35,997 nucleotides of DNA from positions 1 through 35,997 of the forward strand of contig CBFFRP010000447.1 in assembly GCA_965644295.1 (NCBI GenBank), in the 5' to 3' direction. Each line of letters starts with the position of its first letter. Position 1 is the stretch's first letter. The notes beneath the pieces were generated by a model. That model saw nothing but the letters and a program-made list of their open reading frames with translations, was not told the origin of the DNA and did not search any database. This document shows, piece by piece, positions 26,695 through 35,997 of the stretch. The stretch is from Paraphysomonas bandaiensis (taxonomy: Eukaryota; Protista; Chrysophyceae). Both the position numbers and the translations under genes were made by a program.

Positions 26695-27474
26695 CAGGGC
26701 TGCGTTCCCCTCAACAAAGTCGGACTCGCACCTTTTCGTGGTGTTCTGGGGGATAAGTACCGGAGTTATTTCTCTGGGAAACTAACGTGAGCCGCAAACA
26801 TAGTCAGCGGATATTCTTCTGCCCACTCATAGCCGAATGCTTGTGTGGTACAAGGGACACCAATAAGTGTCACTTGTGTAGACGTCTTTGGGCCCTGACG
26901 AATAAACAGGCATCCGGGAATGGGCCCACCTCAAAGGCATCCGGGACAGGGCCCACCTGAAGGGTAACCGGGGTATTGGGCTGCCTGCTGAAGTCAAGCA
27001 TCCGGGATGTTCACCTTAAGAACACAGAGCGGAAGTGGTCGCACCTTGGTGCTTGCGGCGACGCACAAGCAGCTTCCGTAGCGTTAAATAGTAGGATAAA
27101 AAAAGTGTGTACTGATTAGTTACAGGTAGAGTTCTAACTAGTTTGTCTAGCATTCATCTAACTACTAAGTTAGTGCATGTTTTTAACGCCTATTGCTAAT
27201 AATAAGACTTTCAATATATAGGGCTGCGTATTGATATTATTGAAATTGCAAATATTGAAATTGGGACATCAAATCATAAATGCAATTATAATTGATTTCT
27301 GCTTGCTTCAATTAGTTGTCAATTTCTTGCAATTTATTGATATAAAATAGCACCTTTTTATACAAAAATAAACTGCAATTAATTAAAATAATAGATACTG
27401 AGGCAACAAGTAAGATTGCAATTACAATTGACTACAACCTGCGTCAATTGACAATTAATTGATACACAGCCCTG
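26695..27474. mobile_element. MITE-like element with CAGGGCTG(C/T)GTAT terminal inverted repeats, interrupted in its left TIR by retroposon copy 3
   Basis: Left end CAGGGCTGCGT (26695) resumes as AGGGCTGCGTATTGA at 27220; right end ATACACAGCCCTG at 27462-27474. AT-rich interior rich in CAATTG/AATTGCAATT palindromes. No clear TSD. Confidence 0.6.
26706..27219 (+). mobile_element. Apparently full-length copy 3 of the retroposon-like repeat (~515 bp)
   Basis: 10-bp direct repeat AGGGCTGCGT at 26696-26705 and 27220-27229; ends in TTCAATATAT; highly similar to 27518-28030. Confidence 0.85.
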
Positions 27475-27517
27475 ACAATGGGAGCCAGTCCTAGGTAATT
27501 CCCTACCCAATCTATAT

Positions 27518-28030
27518 CCTCAGCAAAAATGGACTCGCACCTTTTCGTGGTGTTCTGGGGGATAAGTACCGGAAAGATTCTCTCTGGGAAACTAACGTGA
27601 GCCGCAAACATAGTCAGCAGATATTCTTCTGCCCACGCAGAGCCGAATGCTTGTGTGGTACAAGGGACACCAATAAGTGTCACTTGTGTAGACGTCTTTG
27701 GGCCCTGACGAATAAACAGGCATCCGGGAATGGGCCCACCTCAAAGGCATCCGGGACAGGGCCCACCTGAAGGGTAACCGCGGTATTGGGCTGCCTGCTG
27801 AAGTTAAGCATCCGGGATGTTCACCTTAAGAACTCAGAGTGGAAGTGGTCGCACCTTGATGCTTGCGACGACGCACACCAAGCAGCTTCCGTAGCGTTAA
27901 ATAGTAGGATAAAAAAAGTGTGTACTGATTAGTTACAGGTAGAGGTCTAAATAGTTTGTCTAGCATTCAACTAGCTACTAAGTTGGTGCAGGTTTTTAAC
28001 GCCTACTGCTAAATAAAAAGACGTTTAATA
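27518..28030 (+). mobile_element. Copy 4 of the retroposon-like repeat
   Basis: Near-identical to copy 3 over ~500 bp. Possible 7-bp TSD TATATCC (27513-27519 / 28029-28035). Confidence 0.85.
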
Positions 28031-28475
28031 TATCCCACATATTATTTTTCTCTTGACGTCATGCTATTGCTACAGTAATATAATAAGACTTTAAATATTA
28101 CCCAATCTATAGTAAATACACTATATATATTTCACCGACGCAATATTTCCATAAAAGAGTTGATTTTTTTGTATCAAACTTTAAGTGTGTATATACGATA
28201 CGTTTCTGCTGTGCGAACAACTTCAGCCCACATTCTAAACGATATTTATTGAATTGTTATTTTCAAATATAATAAAAGCACAATACATATTACTTACCAC
28301 AAGAAAAACGAAAAAAGCAAAGATAAGAGTATTCCCTTCGGGAAAAGATTTCTTATAATCAAAATGATATCATCACAACAACCCTAATACTAACACTACA
28401 GATGTCTCAACAATGTGAAAACCTAATTCAAATATATGTTTTATTTTCTGTATATAGTGAGAAGTAATTTACAAA

Positions 28476-30040
28476 TTATAGATCTTCTTCGCCTTCGGGA
28501 TCATTCTCGCTGGAAATTTCTGTATCACTTCTGTGATCCTCATCGCCACCCAACAGGCCCAGTAGAAAAATATCATCCCCATCTACTTCATTTTGATTTC
28601 CTTCCTCTTGCTCTTCTTGTGGATGAGCGGAGAGTTGAATCAATCTTCTCCGAAATATCATACAGAGTGCCATGGCGTGATCCCTTTCACGCTCGACCTC
28701 CGCTAGTATTCCTTCTAGACGTCTGCACCAGCGTACAATATATGAGTACTCAGAAGTGACAACACGAGAATAAAAACCAAGCACGTTACGCATAAGGCAA
28801 TTCACTAAGTGAATGTTGTTTCTGTGTGGGAAAAATAACGCACCGTCTAGATTGTCGCTCTCTACGAAGTTGCCTCCGAAGATTGTCCACTTCATTCACG
28901 GGCCCATCGAACCAGTGTCGTGTACAATAGGAGAGTATGAGATGCCAGATTTCCACGGGGACCCTACTACAGACTCCACCTGCTTTGAGGGACGACATAT
29001 GTAATGCAACAATAGCCTCTTTGAATGATACTGGGATAATAGACTGACAGGCTCGACTTGGGTTCCACACGAATGACTTAAGTATGACTAAAGCAAATAA
29101 GTTTAGAGTTTGTGACAGGCATATTCAGTACTTGATATATGCAGAACACGCATTAATTATATATTGTATAAAATTGTACTCAAACAGCGGTTCTGTGATA
29201 TATTCAAGTATACACCACGCAAGAGTTCGTTACAGAACCTGTTTTATCATCATCCTGAGGTTGAACAAGAGGCGCAAAAGATACCATAGAAATAACCTCT
29301 CTCTGAATCAAACGCTCCCCTTCTTCAGTATCAACGTCTGACTTTTTCAACCGCATCATATTCATTCCAAATGGACCGACCAAGACCCCACCCGGAGAAA
29401 GAAGAGAGAGAAAGTATTCTTCGTGATGGACCATGGAACCAGCCCCCACATATATTCTATCATAATGGATATTAGTATCAGAGTCTATGGATAATCCGTT
29501 TCCACAGAAAAAAAAAGTGTGAGATGAGGCTCCCGGAAGGCAATTTCTATATCGTTGCTCTGCATGTTCTCGTAACTCATCATGAATATCAACACCATGG
29601 CTCACACCCAAGACACCTCTTGATAGAAGGATAGAATCCACCAGAGCCTGCATGTACCCCGTTCCTGACCCTACGTTCAAAAAAGAAAGTGCCTTCCCTG
29701 GAGGCGAGTCGAGGAGATCAAGATAACGCAAAGCAGAGGCGTATATATCAGGAGCACTCTGTTACACGAATGAATATCAGCAAGCAGCTACCAGCATCAG
29801 CCAATGAGCTCAAAGAGACTCGGACAGGGCTGATAGTGGGACTCCTACCTGATGGAAGATGCCGGATCTGACCGGGCGGATGACGTATGCCTCTTCAGCC
29901 ATGTGAGAGGGCAGGAATGAGGCTCTGTCCACTGAGAGGAAAGCGGAGAGGATGCGGGGGTCGAGGTGGCCGGACTCCCTCATGCGATCGACCATATGGA
30001 GGTTGCTGTTGGCAGTCTCTTCGATATCCATCGCAATCAT
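28476..30040 (-). CDS. Protein-L-isoaspartate O-methyltransferase (PCMT)-domain protein with C-terminal F-box/SOCS-like motif, coiled coil and acidic tail; exons ~30040-29849, 29758-29239, 29087-28844, 28722-28476
   Basis: NLHMVDRM..AFLSVDRASFLP..AY..P..HQSAPDIYA, SAM motif SFLNVGSGTGY, YDRIYVGAG, LSPGGVLVGP, VSFAPLV; then VPVEIWHLILSYC. The start codon (30040 or 30031) is uncertain. Confidence 0.85.
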
Positions 30041-30733
30041 CCTGCTGACGTATGTTAAGGTGGCGTATATGTATGTGTACGTGTGCTGTGGTATGATACG
30101 ACACACGAGATGGTACGCGTGTACATGTAAAGGCGTACACACACTCGACACAGGAGTATATCTGCAGGTCCTAACAGTGTTCATATCTGCGTATACCAGT
30201 GTATACCTGTATCGTTCTTTCGTGCAGATAGACTGCTGCTACCACTTGATAGAAGTGTGCTGTGATTGGTTCAGACAGGCTCTAGTAGAGTGGCAGCGTC
30301 ATGCTACTCATAAGTGTATCTTTCAGAATACAACACTCACTTCACTTCACTTCACTTCGCTCCTGTTCTGTGGATCTTCTATGTATGCATGCTGTATGCA
30401 TGAAAAACTGAAACTACAATAAAAAGAACACGAATACAGAAAAATCGTCATCAAAATCGACTGCATAAACTGAAATTAAATTAAACCTATTCAAGATACA
30501 TATATAGCCCAATAAGTGCGTCAGGACTGCCGTGTCAAAGGTATGATTGGTAAATATTGTCCCATGTGGGTCCATGTACTGCCCCACGCACCCTCATCAC
30601 ATACGACAAGCGCACACAGACATCGACTGCACTCACGTACGAGGAAAGCTCGCTCTCGTCTGAGTCTTCATAATGTGCAGCATATCACACGAATCGAATC
30701 CTTCAACTCCGACAAGGCGTATACATCGATAAT

Positions 30734-31861
30734 ATGGAGGAAATGATGCAGATGGGAGGGTACGTTAACTCATCCACGCTCCCGTGTATGTCTCTTCAAG
30801 ATACCCTCTGGAAAAATCTTCATTCTAGTCCTGAGGAATTGTCCCCTACTGACGTAAGTGCACAATGTTCAGACGATGGCGAGAGCGGATATAATGAGAG
30901 TGCATCTGCCTCATACTCCAGTAGATTATCCCCATTACTCTCTTCATCTCCTCAGCCGCTTATGGTCCCTCGCACTCAGCTGGGGTGCATTGTGGAGGTT
31001 CGATTCAAGTGCACCAAAGATAACTATAAGATCACGGACCAGATTCATGGTGAAATTAAAATTGGCGATTCAGTTGTTGTGGAAGCGGATCGTGGGTTTG
31101 ATGCTGGTGTGGTTCATGACATTCGCCCTCCGGCTCCTGTATCGATATATGCCCCTTCTCAACATTCCCCTTTGAGGCGTGTTGTGTCATTGGCTTCTAT
31201 TGAGGATAAACAGCTTATGCAGGCTAATGCAAAAGAAGAAGAAAGAGCACTACAGCTATGCAGACATCTCGCTCAGGTTCGCCACATACCCATCACTGTG
31301 GCTGCTGCAGAGATGCAATTTGACCGCAAGAAGCTCACCATCATATTTTCCTCCGATAGGAGAGTCGACTTTAGGGAGCTGGTGAGAGACATGTTTCAGG
31401 CATTCAAAACGCGAATATGGATGCAAAAGGTATCTCCTTCTGAAGCAACCACTTTGGCATTCATGTTCCCCACCGCCCCTCTTGCACCCGCTGCGGTGCC
31501 TCTGCGAATTCAAAATGCTCCTCGTAGTTCCAGACAGGTTTATACTCCACCAGCTCCGTCTGTAGTGGACGGTCAAATGCCTAACGCTATTCCTTATGTT
31601 CCTACCACGGCTTTGAAATCCTCAGATAGTTTTCGAACTGGGAAACCACCAACCCCAATAGTCACCGGATACTCGATAGACATCCATTCGGCTCCCGCTG
31701 AGGTGCAAAACTGGCATGCTCAAGGAGATGTGTATCAAGTACGAGATCCGGTTACTACTCCTGGAGGGTCTGCTTCATCTCTTCGGGTGGATTCTGCCTA
31801 TTTTTATCCCTCCACCAATTACTTGAGTCATCAAGCTATGCCACAGCACTACGAATTCTAA
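30734..31861 (+). CDS. PSP1 C-terminal domain protein (PSP1/YaaT-RicT family), intronless
   Basis: VEVRFK, IKIGDSVVVEADRGFDAGVV, EMQFDRKKLTIIFSSDRRVDFRELVRDMFQAFKTRIWM, flanked by low-complexity Ser/Pro regions. Confidence 0.9.
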   Translation: MEEMMQMGGYVNSSTLPCMSLQDTLWKNLHSSPEELSPTDVSAQCSDDGESGYNESASASYSSRLSPLLSSSPQPLMVPRTQLGCIVEVRFKCTKDNYKITDQIHGEIKIGDSVVVEADRGFDAGVVHDIRPPAPVSIYAPSQHSPLRRVVSLASIEDKQLMQANAKEEERALQLCRHLAQVRHIPITVAAAEMQFDRKKLTIIFSSDRRVDFRELVRDMFQAFKTRIWMQKVSPSEATTLAFMFPTAPLAPAAVPLRIQNAPRSSRQVYTPPAPSVVDGQMPNAIPYVPTTALKSSDSFRTGKPPTPIVTGYSIDIHSAPAEVQNWHAQGDVYQVRDPVTTPGGSASSLRVDSAYFYPSTNYLSHQAMPQHYEF

Positions 31862-32276
31862 TGGTGTCGGCGACAACGAAAATCATAGATAACGGCTCCA
31901 CTATTTTCATGGGTGTGTCTGAGAAGAGCTAAAGAATTGAGGGTTATACACTTGTTTGCAATAAACTACATATATATATATATATATACATAATCGGAAT
32001 TTGTAGGACTATATATTAGGAACCTGTCAGTGGATATTGTCACGTAGCAGCAACGGACCACCACATTCGCACTTGCATTGTTAATAATACACCCGTTGGC
32101 CATCAATGTATCTCATTGCTTTTGTTACAGCGTATAGTAAAAATGGGTGGTCTATGGAGCCATCATGGCACGAAGATATGGAGAGGTGTAGTGTAGATAG
32201 TAGGATAAGGTATTAGAAGTAGATGATAGTCTAAGTTAGATAAGAAGAGATGTGTGTTACTAACGATGCGACCAGA

Positions 32277-32515
32277 ACATTCACTTCTGTAGACTGTAGA
32301 TTATATTAGGATTTGACGTAATCAATCTAACGAGTACATTCCTTAAATAAACAGTTAGGTTTGTCCTGGGTACATTCCAACCCTAGCCATATCTAGCCCT
32401 ATCACTAACCTAATTATTTTATGTAAGGAATGTACTCGTTAGGTTGGTCACAATTTATTTAAGTCTTTACCACCTAATTATATCAAATCCCGATACAATC
32501 TACAGCAGTGAATGT
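32277..32515. mobile_element. Nested inverted-repeat (MITE/foldback-like) element
   Basis: Inner perfect 19-bp IR CTAACGAGTACATTCCTTA (32327-32345 / 32424-32442). Outer imperfect ~40-bp IR ACATTCACT.CTGTAGA..GGATTTGA..TAAT (32277-32322 / 32477-32515). Confidence 0.65.
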
Positions 32516-32860
32516 CATATTATTAACAATAGGCGTTTAAGAGTCAGAACTATTATAGCATTGAAATTTAACTAACTTGTGCTTAACTCGCTCTGATATC
32601 TTACTATTTATCGCTCGAAAGCTGCTTGTGCATCACCGCAAGCACCAAGGTACAATCACTTTCGCTCAATCACTCAAAGAAATACACCAGTGCACTAGCA
32701 GAATGTAGATATACCTGACATCTACTGACTTCAGGATTTTTGAGTCCTTAAGGTGAACAGCCCGGGTACTTGAATTCAGCAGGCAGCCCAACCCTCGCAT
32801 ACCCTTAAGGTGGGCCCATTCCCACTACACAAGTATTTAATTATCTGCTGACTACATATA
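32509..32860 (-). mobile_element. Copy 5 (5'-truncated, mosaic) of the retroposon-like repeat
   Basis: Reverse complement has GGGAATGGGCCCACC..GGGCTGCCTGCTGAA..GTTCACCTTAAG (as in copies 3/4) plus AAAAATCCTGAAGTCAG..GATGTCAGGTATATC (as in copy 2) and the common 3' end. Confidence 0.8.
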
Positions 32861-33242
32861 TAATCTACCTAGCATTAAAGGTTTATACTAACGTAATACT
32901 TACTCACTAGATAGAAAGTACTGAATATGCCTTTTTGTACAGATAGAGTACCTTTTGTAAAGCTTCAGCTAATACAAAATTACCTCCTTCATCCAAGCCT
33001 AAGTGTTTTAGATTGGATAACGAAATACTCATTTTTAGAGGGATATTCTACTATGCAAGTAATATTGAATTTCCTATAAACTTTCATTTTCCAGTGCAGT
33101 TGAGTGGTGAAAAGTTAAGCACATATCGTACTCACACAAACAAGAGAATGTGATTCGCTAGTATCACATCATACGTACAGTTGGTGGCAGGATACATTTT
33201 ACCCACACATGAAGCCGATTGCATATATTCCACGATCAGCTT

Positions 33243-35582
33243 TCAAAGGGCTTTTATACTGTTATGTCTTCGTAAAACAGCTGCTACACACTCTTGAATC
33301 TCATGGTTACTATCATCAGTCGCTGGTACTATAGGACTTCGTTGTTTATTCCCTAGCTTTAGGAGTCGTAAGAGCCATGACATAGCCACCGCGATGATCC
33401 CCTGGCGTGACACTACTTTCAGTGATGGAGCTGCGCTAGACAGTCCCCTTTCCTGTAGTACCTCATTCACAATGCTTTTTCTTTTCTCCCCAGCATCACT
33501 CCGAGCACGGGATAGGTCAGTATCAAGTAGAAGGCGAGCGACATGCCTTTTAACTCGTTCAGTTAGATTCGAAACATCGCTGCACCTCTTTCTGGAGATG
33601 TACCACACCAGTACATCACCAGCGAACATGATATTGTATATAGAAAAGCATGAGTAGTATATGGTAACAAAAATCCATTCATGAAATTTAGTTGCTCCAT
33701 GAATCACCAGTGCTGGGTAAAACACGTTCTCAAGAGCATTTACACACATAAACAAAAAGCACGTTAAAACATACACATCTAGCATCGTGAGGTAGGGAAC
33801 TGTTGGCAATGAAGACGCAACAACGAACTTATAGGCCACCGCTGTCAAAATAAGAGTAAGTGTAATGGATAGCCTATCTGCAGTCTCAATGGAGGAATTA
33901 TCCTCATTTACTGCACATGACATAGGCGCCAAAGCAGTTAACACACCCATAGGCAAAATCACGTTGGATATATAATACCCACTCTTACGGTATAAGTATA
34001 ACGTAAACACACAACGAGGGTATCTGGTACCTAAATAATTGGTTATCAGTACGAAATAGAATAATATTAACAAAATCATACATCGATATCTACTTGTAAT
34101 TATAGTACGCATTCCATAAACGTATTACCTGCTGAAGACTCAGATGGATGACTCAACTCAGTTTCTGCCATAACCATATCGCTATACACCACTTCAAATA
34201 TCGAGGACAGCTGAAAGCTGTTCACTTGAAAAATAGATGGGTACTCGTCATTAACCAGAAGTACTACCCTCGAGGCAGGTGTATTGAATGTAAGTGGCAG
34301 ATTCAATTCCTGCATATCGAACGGAAAATCCATGAGCTCCATTTTTTCATTGAACGACGCCTTCATTCGAATTTTAATAACGAAATCCAAACCACCGCGT
34401 AAGGTACCACTACTAAAACTAGTCCATACTTCTCGCTCACCTGAATGAGGGTTAGTTCAATATTGGTATCTACAGCCGCTTCTATAGATATATTACCACT
34501 TCTAACTGACATGTACAACCCATATATACATGAATAATATACAACGATTGCATTCCGAAATAGTACCACAGTATATTGCAACAGCCTTCGCGATCTATGT
34601 TGCTACCGCAAAAACGACCATAAATATAACCTAGATGCTTCGGCAACACAATAATACGCAACAAAGCACTTATACAAAAAGATACATATAACAAGATACT
34701 TATACATAGAAATATCCATACAAAATATTGCATATGCAAAAGCAAAGATATATAATAGGATTCTTATACATAACAAGGTACACAGTCAACAAGATACTTG
34801 TAGCTGTCGTCCTATCATTACCTATGTGGAAGATGTATATATAACTGAATACTTACACATCAAGATACTTATAACGAAGGCATATAAATACGAAGCTTAT
34901 ACCGATGTATTCCGATATATGCAGAAAGTCGACGTGTTTAATGTTGCAACTATAGCACTCCATCAGCTCCAGGACAGCCTCTGTGTCTTCCATATTGCAC
35001 ACATTCCTCAGGCGAAGTTCACAAAATAGATCAGCACGAAAAGTTTGATTGACTGTGTCGACTGAGTCGATGTTGAATACACTCACTCTTGTGTGGAATA
35101 TTAATGGAGGAGCTAAGTACACCTTCTCGACTCTGTCACCCTCATAGGGCCCTTTGTGCAGACGAATGTTGTCCTCTAGACACCGACTATGGGGTTCTTT
35201 TCGCAGATGGACATTCTCCCCCCACATTTCCTCACAGGTTGACTTCACGGTATGGGAAAATACGCAGCTAATTCTCCGGCCATCTTCAGCGACTTCATAA
35301 GCGTTCCATAAACCTGCACAGGCTCGCTTTCCTTCGACACATATGATTGGTCGAGAATATTTCGGACCCGAAGTGAGGATACGCGTGTATTCAGGGGATA
35401 CGGGGGGGTCTACGGTCAGACATATAGCTCGACGATTGTCGTCTCGTTTGAGGTCTTCATGAGAGAGAAGAGTCCCCTCCCAGTTCCACAGAGAGTAATC
35501 GATGCCCTTATAAGATGAGCTCATTGGAGTAAGAACAATAGATACATTCACATACGTATTGTATAAGTGTCATATCGGCCAT
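33243..35582 (-). CDS. Cys-less (Pro-loop) pentameric ligand-gated ion channel subunit; introns ~35555-35507, 34902-34441, 34128-34031; 5' end uncertain
   Basis: VFNIDSVDTVNQTFRADLF, MELMDFPFDMQEL (Pro-loop with no flanking Cys pair), pre-M1 YRKSGYYISNVILP, M2 DRLSITLTLILTAVAYK, SLPTVPYLTMLDVYVL, four hydrophobic segments. Confidence 0.85.
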
Positions 35583-35752
35583 CTCCACACTGAAACATAC
35601 AGCAGCAGATCATCTCACACATTGTCTTGAAATTTTTTCTTCAGTTATGCACACTTCTATATTTTAGCCAATAGTGTACCTTTCCGTTGTGATACGTCTT
35701 AGTGATTGGATGATCACTCTAGCAATACCTGTATAGTATACCGGTATACAGT

Positions 35753-35975
35753 GTGTATGTATGTACGTATGTGTATGTATGTATGTATGTATGTATGTAT
35801 GTATGTATGTATGTATGTATGTATGTATGTATGTATGTATGTATGTATGTATGTATGTATGTATGTATGTATGTATGTATGTATGTATGTATGTATGTAT
35901 GTATGTATGTATGTATGTATGTATGTATGTATGTATGTATGTATGTATGTATGTATGTATGTATGTATGTATGTG
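35753..35975. repeat. (TATG)n microsatellite (= TACA on the minus strand)
   Basis: Near-perfect tetranucleotide run upstream of the channel gene. Confidence 0.97.
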
Positions 35976-35997
35976 TGAGCACACACAAACGAACGAA

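Noticed and set aside
26890-26960. Hammerhead ribozyme suggested by CTGACGA
   Set aside because: No stem II followed by GAAA, and copy 2 reads TTGATGA.
26706-27219. Repeat as a Fanzor/TnpB/IscB guide RNA, group I/II intron or pistol ribozyme
   Set aside because: No nuclease ORF, no domain V or P7 signatures, and only a short CGTTAAATAG resemblance to pistol without its pseudoknot. Variable TSDs fit retroposition better.

Overview
Eukaryotic, intron-containing genomic DNA, probably a flagellated protist. Stramenopile-like is an inference from ARL3, a Cys-less pentameric channel and mostly ~50-nt introns. Eight protein-coding genes alternate strictly in strand: 2OG-Fe(II) dioxygenase (+), ARL3 (-), a ~3057-aa ZNFX1-like helicase (+), 26S proteasome ATPase Rpt2/PSMC1 (-), SDP1/TGL-type patatin lipase (+), PCMT-domain protein (-), PSP1-domain protein (+), Cys-less pentameric ligand-gated ion channel (-). 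Two things stand out. (1) After splicing two introns, the ZNFX1-like gene reads as helicase (with a large internal Cys/His array) + NF-X1-like zinc-finger chain + degenerate PARP/ART-like domain + RING1 + coiled coil + Rcat (RBR-type catalytic Cys). This is a candidate one-polypeptide RNA sensor/ubiquitin ligase. (2) Five copies of a ~0.5-kb non-coding, highly structured retroposon-like repeat show variable-length target-site duplications and an HDV-ribozyme-like 5' segment. Also present: MITE-like inverted-repeat elements, long (TACA)n microsatellites and a 29-bp intronic minisatellite. All domain calls are by-eye motif recognition; no database search was run.
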